Positions 54,727 through 63,816 of a stretch of 64,000 nt of DNA are shown piece after piece; position 1 is the stretch's first letter; each line of letters begins with the position of its first letter. Source of the stretch: Patescibacteria group bacterium UBA3466 (GTDB taxonomy: Bacteria; Patescibacteriota; Minisyncoccia; Phycocordibacterales; UBA918); assembly GCA_002378195.1 (NCBI GenBank), contig DFRJ01000002.1, positions 129,054-193,053 of the forward strand. The letters are read 5' to 3'. The position numbers were made by a program, and so were the translations under genes. Below the pieces are notes generated by a model that saw only the letters and a list, made by a program, of their open reading frames with translations, was not told the origin of the DNA and searched no databases.

Positions 54727-55473
54727 TTAGCTGAGATGAAGAAATTTTTGTGGGCCGCGCATTTTATCTATGGCTTTAGCTTGCGATCGCTTCACTTGCT
54801 GTCTCTTTGCACCAGCGGCGATAGCTCGCATCAGGTCGTTTGACAGGTTTGTGAGAGTATCTTTCAGACGGGGCGGCAAGATTCCAAGTTGTCTTCCATC
54901 GTGGTCATAGAGTCCTGTGGGTAGGAAGTTTAGTACGCTCCCGTCGAACCTAAATCTTACTCTGGTAGCTGAGAAAGATAGTAGTTCGATATCCCAAAGT
55001 GAAACACCTCTCAGTGGTCGCACTTTCGGCTGTTTCAGATACTCCTCACGCACGCATAGATCAGTCTGCAGGTTCCAGTTTATGGGCGGGGGAGCCGGAG
55101 TAATCTCCGGTATCAGTTCAGGATTGATGCGTGCAAAATCGAGGTCTTCCAGATAACGATCTCTGGCCCTGCGTCCGCGGGCAATACTCCAGCCTTCATG
55201 CAGTTTGGAGTACAGCTCTTCGGTGAGTAGCTCCATGATCTGTTTGGTTTCTCGATCGAGTTGAGAAACGGTATTACTTGGTTTAGCGCGAGTGTTTATA
55301 AGATCAAAGTAGAAGAGTTCTCTTCTAAATTGAAATATCGCTTCATCTTCGTTGTACGAGACGACCCGAAAGCCTTCTCGATTGTATGTGTACTTGTGGA
55401 ACAGGGAGAAGAAGACGTTTGGACGCTTACTCTCTTTCTGTTGCATGTATATATTTCTTGCCTTGGTCGGCAT
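54727..55473 (-). CDS. Hypothetical protein
   Basis: 248-aa ORF with Pro-rich middle (ITPAPPPINW); no motif. Confidence 0.45.
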   Translation of the reverse strand: MPTKARNIYMQQKESKRPNVFFSLFHKYTYNREGFRVVSYNEDEAIFQFRRELFYFDLINTRAKPSNTVSQLDRETKQIMELLTEELYSKLHEGWSIARGRRARDRYLEDLDFARINPELIPEITPAPPPINWNLQTDLCVREEYLKQPKVRPLRGVSLWDIELLSFSATRVRFRFDGSVLNFLPTGLYDHDGRQLGILPPRLKDTLTNLSNDLMRAIAAGAKRQQVKRSQAKAIDKMRGPQKFLHLS

Positions 55474-55545
55474 GGTGTGCCTCCAGAAAACAGAAAACCC
55501 TAGATTTTATAGTACAAATCTAGGGTTTTGTAAATGCGGAAGTGT

Positions 55546-55920
55546 CTAGTGCAAGACGTCTGGTCGCTCAAGCATCGCTTTAATTTTGGCGATTTCTTGC
55601 TTGGCTTCTTCGGGTGGCAAGATGTCGCCGTCGTTGGTCTTCAGATAGAGACTATCTGCACCTTCCGTGAAGATGTCGGTAGCGGCCATGAGTGCATTTG
55701 CTTGAAGCTGGTCTGGGATTTCGGCAGGACCAACTTGTTTGACTAGATTGGCAAAAGAGCGCAGTTTGACCGTTTGGTCGCTAGGGTCTCGGTAGTAGAT
55801 AAACCGCCAGTCTTCGGTGTCGACTTGTACGGCATTACCGTCATCGATGACTTCACATGTCATACCAGAGAGTTTTTCTGATTTATCATCTGGGTTGGGA
55901 ATATTGAATGATTCACGCAT
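55546..55920 (-). CDS. Hypothetical acidic protein
   Basis: 124-aa ORF; no motif. Confidence 0.45.
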   Translation of the reverse strand: MRESFNIPNPDDKSEKLSGMTCEVIDDGNAVQVDTEDWRFIYYRDPSDQTVKLRSFANLVKQVGPAEIPDQLQANALMAATDIFTEGADSLYLKTNDGDILPPEEAKQEIAKIKAMLERPDVLH

Positions 55921-55928
55921 AATGTTAC

Positions 55929-56384
55929 CTATTCGAAAAGGGCTTCTACTACACTTTTTACATCACTTCCGTCGGCTTTACCAGTTAGTTCTTTCATAAC
56001 GGCACCAACCAACATACCCATCTTTGATTTGTCGTCAATGCCGAGCTCCGCTTTCTTGGCTTCGGCCACTGGTTTGATTTCTTCAGTGCTCATCATTTGT
56101 GGAAGATAGGCTTCGAGGACTTCAAGTTCTTCCTTTTCTGGTTCGGCTAATTCTGGGCGATCCGCAGCCTCATACTGAGTAATTGATTCCTTTCGCTGCT
56201 TGGCTAGTCGCTTAATGACTGCCATAGTTTCGTCGTCGGTGAGAAACTCTTGCGGGGTGCGGTTGGAAGCTACTAGTTCATTGGTGGCGGCACTAAGGAT
56301 AAAACGAATCGTGCGCAGTTTGGCGGCTTCTTTGTTTTTCATGGCTTCTTTCAGCTCTGCTTTGATGGTTTCGTGTAGGGTCAT
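55929..56384 (-). CDS. yqeY: GatB/YqeY-domain protein (ORF track extends to 56672; start at MTLHETIKAELKEA preferred)
   Basis: Two GatB/YqeY helical repeats (LRTIRFILSAATNELVASN...; ...MGMLVGAVMKELTGKADGSDVKSVVEALF). The N-terminal 96-aa His/Gln-rich extension overlaps the divergent rmuC ORF. Confidence 0.7.
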   Translation of the reverse strand: MTLHETIKAELKEAMKNKEAAKLRTIRFILSAATNELVASNRTPQEFLTDDETMAVIKRLAKQRKESITQYEAADRPELAEPEKEELEVLEAYLPQMMSTEEIKPVAEAKKAELGIDDKSKMGMLVGAVMKELTGKADGSDVKSVVEALFE

Positions 56385-57518
56385 ATGATTTTGCTTATTT
56401 TCACCATTATATCGCATGGTGGTACAATAGTCAGCATGGAAATGATTTTGATTGGATTGGTGGTGGTTTTGCTGCTCGTGAATGCTTTTGTGGTTTATAA
56501 GCTCTTGAATCCAGCTGTGATTGAGGATGATAAAGATGACAAGGAAGCTTTGCTGGTGATGCAGCGAATTGAAGAACTGTCGCGTACGGTAGACAGCAAG
56601 CTGAGCGAGGCTAATAAAACCATGCGAGAGGGGAGTCAGATACAATTTCGGGAGAGTCGAGAGTTGATTCAAGACATTAATAAAGAAATGAATGAACAGC
56701 TTCGTAATGTGGTGAAGGGAGTATCAGAAGTAGGAGAGAGTTCGAAGCAGGTATTTCAGGTGGCAGACCAACTGAAAGAGCTGCAGGATATTCTCAAGAA
56801 TCCTAAGCAAAGAGGTATTTTGGGTGAGTATTACCTAGAGACCGTGCTACAGAATGTGCTGCCGCCAGAGAGCTTTCAGATGCAGTATGGGTTTGAGGAT
56901 GGCGAGATTGTAGATGCGGTGGTGCATGTAAAGGGGAAGGTGATTCCGGTGGACTCGAAGTTTTCGCTCGATAATTATAATCGATTGATTGAGGCTAAGG
57001 ATCCAGCCGACAAAGCGATTCATGAAAAAGCGTTTATCAATGACTTGAAGCTGCGTATTACCGAAACCGCTAAATACATTCGCCCGACTGAGAAGACGAC
57101 TGACTTTGCTTTTATGTTTATTCCGCACGAAGGAATCTACTACGATCTGCTATCTAATAAGGTGGGGGCTGGTGAGGATAATCTTATCCAACGCTCAGCG
57201 GGAAAGCATAAGGTGATCATTGTATCGCCGACTTCCTTCTTGGCGTATTTGCAGACTGTACTCCAAGGACTTAAAGCTTTGGAAATTGAAGAGAAGGCGC
57301 AAGATATTATTAAAAATGTAGAGAAGCTCTCGGGGCATATTGCCAAGTATGAGGACTTTTACCAGAAGCTAGGTAACACTCTCAGCACCACCGTCAATCA
57401 CTATAATGCTGGCTACAAGGAGCTGAATAAGATAGACAAGGATGTTACAAAAATTACCGGAGAGTCAGTGGGAGTAGATGTCTTGACTATAGATAAGCCA
57501 CAAAAGCAGGATGATTAA
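56385..57518 (+). CDS. rmuC: DNA recombination protein RmuC (probable start ~56436, MEMILIGL...)
   Basis: N-terminal TM, long coiled coil, C-terminal RmuC nuclease-like domain. Confidence 0.8.
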   Translation: MILLIFTIISHGGTIVSMEMILIGLVVVLLLVNAFVVYKLLNPAVIEDDKDDKEALLVMQRIEELSRTVDSKLSEANKTMREGSQIQFRESRELIQDINKEMNEQLRNVVKGVSEVGESSKQVFQVADQLKELQDILKNPKQRGILGEYYLETVLQNVLPPESFQMQYGFEDGEIVDAVVHVKGKVIPVDSKFSLDNYNRLIEAKDPADKAIHEKAFINDLKLRITETAKYIRPTEKTTDFAFMFIPHEGIYYDLLSNKVGAGEDNLIQRSAGKHKVIIVSPTSFLAYLQTVLQGLKALEIEEKAQDIIKNVEKLSGHIAKYEDFYQKLGNTLSTTVNHYNAGYKELNKIDKDVTKITGESVGVDVLTIDKPQKQDD

Positions 57519-57521
57519 AAA

Positions 57522-57551
57522 GTGGGCGGTGGACCGAAGGTCCACCGCCCA
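57522..57551. terminator. Bidirectional hairpin terminator after rmuC
   Basis: GGGCGGTGGACC-gaa-GGTCCACCGCCC; the T-tract lies on the minus side (AAAAAGT on plus). Confidence 0.6.
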
Positions 57552-57760
57552 GCTGCACACTAACGCCTTCTTCGTCGTGATTTCTGGTCGGGACGAGCTT
57601 TGGTTCGTCTGACGTGCGATTTCACGGCCGCGCGTAGTCTGCACTTGTTTGGTTCAGTTGGTGTGTCTGACACTCTACTTCCTCTTTTTTGTTTCTGCCC
57701 GATTTGGCAGGCAAGCAAAGTATCACAAAACTGTTGGTGAGGGAAGTGGATATAGATAAA

Positions 57761-57805
57761 CCCCGTAATGGAGATTATCTCCTCCAGTACGGGGTTGTTT
57801 TTATT
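57761..57805 (+). terminator. Rho-independent terminator (plus strand), bounding an untranslated ~200-nt interval
   Basis: CCCCGTAATGGAG-attatc-TCCTCCAGTACGGGG followed by TTGTTTTTATTG. Confidence 0.55.
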
Positions 57806-57840
57806 GTCGCAGCTCAGGCTGGATGTGCTTGGGTCGGGGC

Positions 57841-58010
57841 CTAGCGAAGGGTTGTGGAAGCGTGATAATCTGCATCCACAGCTTGGTCTTGGCTCTCGCA
57901 GCCATATTGTCGCGCTTGGTCTTCCACAAATCTTTTGTCGGCTGATCGCTGAGAGTGCCTAACACTCTTTTTTTCACGCTTCTTAACGGCGTGACGCTTA
58001 TTTCTTGGCA
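57841..58010 (-). CDS. Possible small basic protein (MPRNKRHAVKKREKKSVRHSQRS...)
   Basis: GAGGAAAC RBS 6 nt upstream of the ATG at 58010 (minus); very basic N-terminus. The ORF track lists a longer 57841..58152 version. No confident family match. Confidence 0.3.
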
Positions 58011-58085
58011 TGAAAGTTTCCTCGTATGGAATGAGCTTGCTTTTGCTAGCATAGCAATAAATCGGGTTTTTTGGCAACAAAAGCG

Positions 58086-58113
58086 TTGCAAAACTGTTAA
58101 TTTCTTGTATACT
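58086..58113 (+). promoter_or_regulatory. Sigma70-like promoter for rplU
   Basis: TTGCAA-16 nt-TATACT about 90 nt upstream of the rplU ATG. Confidence 0.5.
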
Positions 58114-58120
58114 CATGCCC

Positions 58121-58176
58121 ACTACAACCAAGCGAGCAAGAGTTGCAGGCAATTAATTTGACTACAACCAAGCGAG
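58121..58176 (+). repeat. Two 16-bp direct repeats ACTACAACCAAGCGAG in the rplU 5' leader
   Basis: Copies at ~58121-58136 and ~58161-58176, 40 bp apart, between the promoter and the rplU start. Confidence 0.6.
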
Positions 58177-58201
58177 TGAAGGGTGTATAAATTCTATTTA
58201 T

Positions 58202-58534
58202 ATGGCAACAGAAACAACAAATTCAGCACCATTTGCAGTGATCGCTACCGGCGGGAAGCAATATGTCGTGCGTGAAGGTGATACTCTGCTAGTGGAACTC
58301 CTTGGTGATCATAAGGAAGGTGACAAGATTGAATTCGACACTGTACTAATGACTGACGATGGGAAGTCTGCCAAAGTTGGTACACCTCATACTGGAACAA
58401 AAGTTTCAGCTACCTATCTAGGTGAAAAGAAGGGTAAGAAGATCACTATCGTTCGATACAAGGCTAAGAGTAACCGAGATCGACGAATTGGTCACCGACA
58501 GCAGTACGCTGAGATCAAGATCGACAAAATCTAA
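58202..58534 (+). CDS. rplU: 50S ribosomal protein L21
   Basis: FAVIATGGKQYVVREGDTLLVE...IVRYKAKSNRDRRIGHRQQYAEIKI typical bL21. Confidence 0.9.
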   Translation: MATETTNSAPFAVIATGGKQYVVREGDTLLVELLGDHKEGDKIEFDTVLMTDDGKSAKVGTPHTGTKVSATYLGEKKGKKITIVRYKAKSNRDRRIGHRQQYAEIKIDKI

Positions 58535-58543
58535 AATACCAGA

Positions 58544-58575
58544 AACCGGTGCATTTGCACCGGTTTCGCTTTTGT
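58544..58575 (+). terminator. Rho-independent terminator after rplU
   Basis: AACCGGTGCA-tt-TGCACCGGTT followed by a T-rich tail. Confidence 0.6.
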
Positions 58576-58691
58576 ATTTAGTCACTGTACGTTTGTACGT
58601 TTTCTTCATACAAAAACTCCAACCGACACAACTACATCCGGTTTCTGAAATTTTAATAATAATCTGCAGTTGCGGTGGCTTTGTCTAACTT

Positions 58692-58728
58692 TTGTTACGT
58701 AGCATGTTACGTAACATGCTACGTAACA
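58692..58728. repeat. 37-bp repeat (copy 2) containing the same 36-bp palindrome; palindrome extends to 40 bp here (58691-58730)
   Basis: Identical to 20074-20110; lies between the convergent rplU and recR, 28 bp past the recR stop. Confidence 0.9.
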
Positions 58729-58755
58729 AATAACCTCGAGGTCTAACCCCGGAAT

Positions 58756-59376
58756 TTATTGGGTCTGGCGGTTTTGGAAGGCGTTTTTGATGGTTTCGGC
58801 GTCGGCGTACTCGAGTTCGCTTCCGGTTGAGAGTCCGCGACCGAGATAAGTGACCGAGACCCCCTTTTCCTTTAGGGTTTCACCAATGATTGACTCAACA
58901 AAGCGCGCGGTATTTTCTCCATCGGGGTTTACGGCAAAACCTAAGGTGACCTCACTTAGTCCTTCTTCGAGTCTTTTCTCAACGGTTGCCTTGAGAGCTG
59001 AGCCGCGGAGTTTATTATTATCTTTAGCATTCAAAAGCGGTAGGGTTCCACCAAACACAAAGTATAGACCGTCATAAACTCCAGCTCTTTCAATTGCCTG
59101 AATATCAGAGTCTTGCGCCACCACCAGAAGTTTTTGGTGATTGCGGGTGCTGGAGGTGCAGATTGAGCACATGGCTTCATTGGTGACGGTAGAAAAGTAG
59201 CGGTGACAACTCGAGCATTCCACAACTGAACCTTTAAGCTCACCAACCAAGCGAGACAGCTCTTTCGAGTCAGCTTCGTTCATGGTGAGCACATGAAACG
59301 CAAAACGCTTGGCTTGCCGCGCTCCGACCCCGGGAAATTTTTCAAATTGTGATATGAGTTTATCGAGATTGTTCAT
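58756..59376 (-). CDS. recR: Recombination protein RecR
   Basis: HhH, C4 zinc finger (CSSCHRYFSTVTNEAMCSIC), Toprim domain. Confidence 0.9.
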   Translation of the reverse strand: MNNLDKLISQFEKFPGVGARQAKRFAFHVLTMNEADSKELSRLVGELKGSVVECSSCHRYFSTVTNEAMCSICTSSTRNHQKLLVVAQDSDIQAIERAGVYDGLYFVFGGTLPLLNAKDNNKLRGSALKATVEKRLEEGLSEVTLGFAVNPDGENTARFVESIIGETLKEKGVSVTYLGRGLSTGSELEYADAETIKNAFQNRQTQ

Positions 59377-59379
59377 AAA

Positions 59380-60774
59380 TTAGAAGTCGTCATCTCCTGT
59401 ACCGGGGGCAGCAGCATGGTGGGTGTCGAGGTTGAGGAAGCGTACGTGCTGGCCGTCGAAGTATAGTTCGGCGACTCCAACAGCACCGTTACGGTGCTTT
59501 TCAACCATAATCTCTGCAATGTTTGGTCGCTCAGCTTCTTTGTCCTTGTTCATCTTATCCTCACGGTGAATGAACATCACCACGTCTGCATCTTGCTCGA
59601 TAGATCCTGAGTCACGCAAGTCTGACAAGCGTGGTTTACCACCACGTTGCTCTACCGCACGAGATAGCTGTGAGAGGGCAATGACCGGGATGTTCATCTC
59701 TTTGGCGAGGATCTTGAGTGATCGCGAGATTTCGGTGATTTGCTGTACCATCGAGTCGCTATTTTTGGTGGCGGTAGGGGACATCAGTTGGAGGTAGTCT
59801 ACGATGAGTAGATCAACCCCGTGCTCATTCATAAGGCGACGAGTTGCAGAGCGCATCTTTACAATATTCATATCAGCATCGTCAATGATGTGAATCGGCG
59901 CTTCGTTTAGCTTTTGCATAGCTTCTTGCAGAGCCTCGTACTCGCTATCATTTGAGAGGCGACCGGTTCGTAGTTTCCATGAATCAACGCCAGATTCAGC
60001 AGCCAACATACGATCTACCAACTGCTGGTCGCTCATCTCTAGTGAGAAGATACCAACTGAGGCTCCGTGCTTAAGAGCGGCACCGCGTGCGAGGTCAAGA
60101 GCAAAGGTTGTCTTACCCATGGCTGGTCGTGCGGCGAGAATAATTAGGTCTGATTTTTGGAAACCAGCCAGTACGTTATCAAGGGCTGTAAAGCCAGATG
60201 GTACACCACGCTTGTCCTCTGGGTTGGCACTGAGATGCTCGAAGCGCTCCCACGCTTCGGTCAGTGCACTACCAATTGGTCGAAATTTTTGTGCCGATGG
60301 TGCCTGAGTAGCTTGAAATACTTTCTTTTCAGCCTGATCAAGGGCTTCATCAACCACTTCTGGGTCTGAGTAGCCAATCTCAGCGATATCATCGGCAGCA
60401 TGAATCAGATTGCGAAGAGTAGACTTATCGCTTACTTGGCGCGCGTAGTACATGGCGTTGCCGGCCGCTGGCACGGTCTCAATAAGTTCTGTGATATACG
60501 AAGCACCACCAACCCGCTCGAGCTGATTCATGTCCTTGAGTTTGGTGACTACTGAAATAGTATCGACCGGATCACCTTTAGAAAAAATCTGTTGGATAGC
60601 ATCGTAGATAGCGCGGTGCTTATCAGCATAAAAACTTTCTGGATAGACTGTCACCGATACGTCGTGCATCACGTCGGGCTTCAAGATAATCGCTCCCAAC
60701 AACGCTTTCTCAGCGTCTACGTTCTGAGGCGGTTTGCGCAGTGATCGGTTGTGCTCTTCAGCCATAGGAATCAC
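59380..60774 (-). CDS. dnaB: Replicative DNA helicase DnaB
   Basis: N-terminal DnaB domain; Walker A GARPAMGKT; RecA-fold motifs through LSQLSR. Confidence 0.9.
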   Translation of the reverse strand: MIPMAEEHNRSLRKPPQNVDAEKALLGAIILKPDVMHDVSVTVYPESFYADKHRAIYDAIQQIFSKGDPVDTISVVTKLKDMNQLERVGGASYITELIETVPAAGNAMYYARQVSDKSTLRNLIHAADDIAEIGYSDPEVVDEALDQAEKKVFQATQAPSAQKFRPIGSALTEAWERFEHLSANPEDKRGVPSGFTALDNVLAGFQKSDLIILAARPAMGKTTFALDLARGAALKHGASVGIFSLEMSDQQLVDRMLAAESGVDSWKLRTGRLSNDSEYEALQEAMQKLNEAPIHIIDDADMNIVKMRSATRRLMNEHGVDLLIVDYLQLMSPTATKNSDSMVQQITEISRSLKILAKEMNIPVIALSQLSRAVEQRGGKPRLSDLRDSGSIEQDADVVMFIHREDKMNKDKEAERPNIAEIMVEKHRNGAVGVAELYFDGQHVRFLNLDTHHAAAPGTGDDDF

Positions 60775-60844
60775 AGTTTACCATGAAAACTACCTTGACG
60801 ATTTCGGGCTAGTCTGGGAGAAAGCAGAAATAAGATGTGGATTA

Positions 60845-62296
60845 TTACACTTTAGTCACCTTCGGCCCATGTGCTGTATCCTCAAGTTCGTAGCCCTTGA
60901 GCTTGATTTGATCACGGAGAATGTCAGCGCGGTCCCAGTTGCGGGCGATGCGGGCTACTTCGCGCTCATCTATTAAGGTTTGTACCTCCTCAGGAATGTC
61001 ATCCACGTCTACCACACCGAGCGAGCGAGTACCTTCGTCGAGTTGGTCAGACAGACCGATGTCGAGAATTTCGTCCATGGCGAATAAAGTACCGCACTTG
61101 GTTTTGTCATCTAGGGTGTCATCTTTTAGCATGTCCCACATGATGGCGATGGCGCCTGGTGTATCGAAGTCGTCTGCCAGTCGGTCATCAAAGGCGTCTA
61201 GGTGCTGGGCGCTTGGGGTGGCTGTCTTTTGGCCGAAATCTTCATACATAATGCGCTTCAATCGGAATAAGGCTTGCTTGGCAGCCTTCAAAGCTTCCCA
61301 GGTAAAATTAACTTGCGAACGGTAGTGGGCGGTAAGTAGCCAGTAGCGGTAGTCGTCGCCAGAAAAGCCCCTGTCACGTAGGTGTTGAAGGGTAATTGAG
61401 TTGCCGAGTGATTTGGCTACTTTTGTGCTGTCGATGGTAATGAAAGCGTTGTGTAACCAGTACTTTGAAAAACACTTGCCGGTGACCGCTTCAGATTGAG
61501 CGATCTCGGCGTTGTGGTGAATCGGTACATGATCTTCACCTCCAGTATGAATGTCGATTTGTTTGCCGAGCGTGTCCATAGCCATAGCCGAACATTCGAT
61601 GTGCCAGCCAGGAAAACCTTTGCCCCATTGACTGTTCCAGCCTAGGTCACCTTTCTTCCAAATAGCAAAATCAGCTGGGTGTTTCTTTTCTTTATTTACC
61701 TCCACCCTGGCACCACTCTTGAGTTTATCTAAATCGATATTGCCTAGTCGGCCATATTTGGGGAACTTGCTAATGTCGAAGTATAGACCGTCAGAAGTCT
61801 CATAAGTAAAACCTTTTTCGTCTAGGGTTTTAATAAGATTGATTTGTTTTTTTATGTAGTCGCTGGCTCGGGCCCAGGTGTCTGGCGGTAAAATTCGGAG
61901 TTCCTCGACATCATCTTCAAAGGCTTTGATGTAGCGGTCAGAGAGCTGGCGCATAGAGTCTAGATTGATTTCTAAACCTTCACGCTTCAAACCTTTCATC
62001 ATTTTGTCTTCGCCTTCGTCACCGTCGCTGGTGAGGTGGCCAAAGTCGGTGAGATTGATGGTGTGCTTGACTGGGTAACCGTTTCGAATCAGTACGCGCT
62101 TTACAATATCGGCAAAGACATAAGAGCGTAGATTTCCGATGTGAGCGTAGTCATAGACGGTGGGGCCGCAGGAGTACATTTTTACTTCTTTTTGATTGAG
62201 CGGCTTAAAAATCTCTTTGCGTTTTGACTCGGTGTTAAATAGTTGTATATCGCGGGTATGCACCGGTGTTTTGTTGAAGAATAAGTCAGCAAACAT
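60845..62296 (-). CDS. cysS: Cysteinyl-tRNA synthetase
   Basis: Class I HIGH (AHIGNLRSY) and KMSKS-like (KVAKSLGN); Zn-binding Cys. Confidence 0.9.
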   Translation of the reverse strand: MFADLFFNKTPVHTRDIQLFNTESKRKEIFKPLNQKEVKMYSCGPTVYDYAHIGNLRSYVFADIVKRVLIRNGYPVKHTINLTDFGHLTSDGDEGEDKMMKGLKREGLEINLDSMRQLSDRYIKAFEDDVEELRILPPDTWARASDYIKKQINLIKTLDEKGFTYETSDGLYFDISKFPKYGRLGNIDLDKLKSGARVEVNKEKKHPADFAIWKKGDLGWNSQWGKGFPGWHIECSAMAMDTLGKQIDIHTGGEDHVPIHHNAEIAQSEAVTGKCFSKYWLHNAFITIDSTKVAKSLGNSITLQHLRDRGFSGDDYRYWLLTAHYRSQVNFTWEALKAAKQALFRLKRIMYEDFGQKTATPSAQHLDAFDDRLADDFDTPGAIAIMWDMLKDDTLDDKTKCGTLFAMDEILDIGLSDQLDEGTRSLGVVDVDDIPEEVQTLIDEREVARIARNWDRADILRDQIKLKGYELEDTAHGPKVTKV

Positions 62297-62406
62297 AGTA
62301 GAGCTAGTGTACCAGAAACTGTGGCGTTATAAAATTAGCAGGACTGTCCAGTTGTCTTTTGGCAGCGTCTCACTAGTGTGATAATATCGTACTAAATAAG
62401 TATCTA

Positions 62407-63747
62407 TTGTTTATGAGTAGCAGTTTTAGTCCTAGTCACACCCTTAGAAACAAGCAAAAGCGTGGTCTTGGTATTTTTTTGGCATTCTGCTTCGCGTTAG
62501 GGGCTTTTGGGTCAGGTCTGTTTTTGGGTGCTGGTGATTTCTCGCTCACTCAAACTGCCAGTATCTTCAATATCTTTGCTGCTGAACCGGAAGTGGCTGT
62601 TGTAGATGATGGAGATCGGCCTAGTCTGAATGAATTTTGGGAAGTATGGGAGCTATTGGATGAAAAATTCGCCAACTCCAGTACTACTGACGAAATAACC
62701 GCAGAAGAAAAATTGCAGGGCGCGATTGATGGCTTGGTGGATGCCTACGATGATCCATACACTGTGTACTTTACGCCAGTAGATACCGAAGCCTTTAATG
62801 AAAATATTTCCGGTAATTTTAGCGGAGTAGGTATGGAGGTGGGTATCCGTGAGGGTCTAGTGACGGTGATTGCGCCGTTGCCTGATACTCCAGCAGAACA
62901 GGCTGGTGTGCTAGCCGGAGATGTAATCGTGCAGATTGATGAGGTGACTACTGAAGATATGCGTATCGACGAAGCGGTGAAGCTGATTCGGGGTGAAAAG
63001 GGAACGGAAGTGGTGTTGCGGGTATTCAGGGAGGGTGAATCAGAGTTTATTGATATTCCAATTATTCGCGACACAATTGCGATCCCGACTGTGAAAACCG
63101 AAGTGATAGATGATGTGTTCGTGATCTCTCTTTATAGTTTCAATGCTATTGCTGAAGCAGAAATGAGTAAAGCCTTCATTGAATATATTGAAAGTGGGGC
63201 AGGACCACTGGTCTTGGATCTGCGGGGTAACCCAGGCGGCTATCTTCAGGGGGCGGTATCGATTGCTAGCTACTTCTTGCCGGCTGGTAAGGTGGTGGTG
63301 ACTGAGGAGTTTGGTGATGAGACTCTAAATGACGTATTTAGGAGTCGTGGACGGCAGCTAAGAGATTTTCATACTGAAGACATGGTGGTGTTGGTTGACA
63401 ACGGATCAGCTTCAGCATCTGAGATTTTGGCTGGTGCTCTGAAGGATCACGGGGTGGCCACCGTAATCGGGACACAAACGTTTGGAAAGGGTTCGGTGCA
63501 AGAGGTGGTTGATTTGGATAACGGATCGTCTTTGAAAGTGACTGTAGCACGTTGGCTAACTCCAAACGGGGTATCAATTTCAGATGGGGGACTGGCGCCT
63601 GACATTGTTATTTCGCGGACTCCTGCAGATAGGCTGGCTGACACTGATCCGCAGCTTGATGCAGCAGTGCGGTTCTTGCAAGGATTTGAGGTAGTGAGTG
63701 AGACTTTTGAAGCAGAGGTGGCGGCCGGCGAAGAGGCTGGAGAGTAG
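62407..63747 (+). CDS. ctpA: C-terminal processing peptidase (S41) with PDZ domain
   Basis: N-terminal TM; PDZ; S41 motifs GNPGGYL and TFGKGSVQ. Confidence 0.85.
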   Translation: MFMSSSFSPSHTLRNKQKRGLGIFLAFCFALGAFGSGLFLGAGDFSLTQTASIFNIFAAEPEVAVVDDGDRPSLNEFWEVWELLDEKFANSSTTDEITAEEKLQGAIDGLVDAYDDPYTVYFTPVDTEAFNENISGNFSGVGMEVGIREGLVTVIAPLPDTPAEQAGVLAGDVIVQIDEVTTEDMRIDEAVKLIRGEKGTEVVLRVFREGESEFIDIPIIRDTIAIPTVKTEVIDDVFVISLYSFNAIAEAEMSKAFIEYIESGAGPLVLDLRGNPGGYLQGAVSIASYFLPAGKVVVTEEFGDETLNDVFRSRGRQLRDFHTEDMVVLVDNGSASASEILAGALKDHGVATVIGTQTFGKGSVQEVVDLDNGSSLKVTVARWLTPNGVSISDGGLAPDIVISRTPADRLADTDPQLDAAVRFLQGFEVVSETFEAEVAAGEEAGE

Positions 63748-63816
63748 GCGTTAATTTTGTTAATATTGATGCCAATTAGCACTTTTGTGCAGGTTGGTAA
63801 GTAATTTAGATTGAAT

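Noticed and set aside
56385-56672. His/Gln-rich N-terminal extension of the YqeY ORF and the first 17 codons of rmuC
   Set aside because: The mutually overlapping divergent extensions are most likely ORF-caller artefacts. The internal Mets (MTLHETIK for yqeY; MEMILIGL for rmuC) fit family lengths.
57552-57840. SRP RNA, tmRNA, RNase P RNA or 6S RNA
   Set aside because: I looked for the SRP GGAAGCAGCC-type motif, tmRNA GGGGCTGATTCTGGATTCGAC / TCCACCA ends and RNase P AGGAAAGTCCGGGC and found none. Left as an unclassified candidate ncRNA locus.
57841-58152. Minus-strand small ORF as ribosomal protein L34/L35/S20/S21
   Set aside because: Compared by eye with the canonical sequences of these proteins; only the generic basic N-terminus matches.
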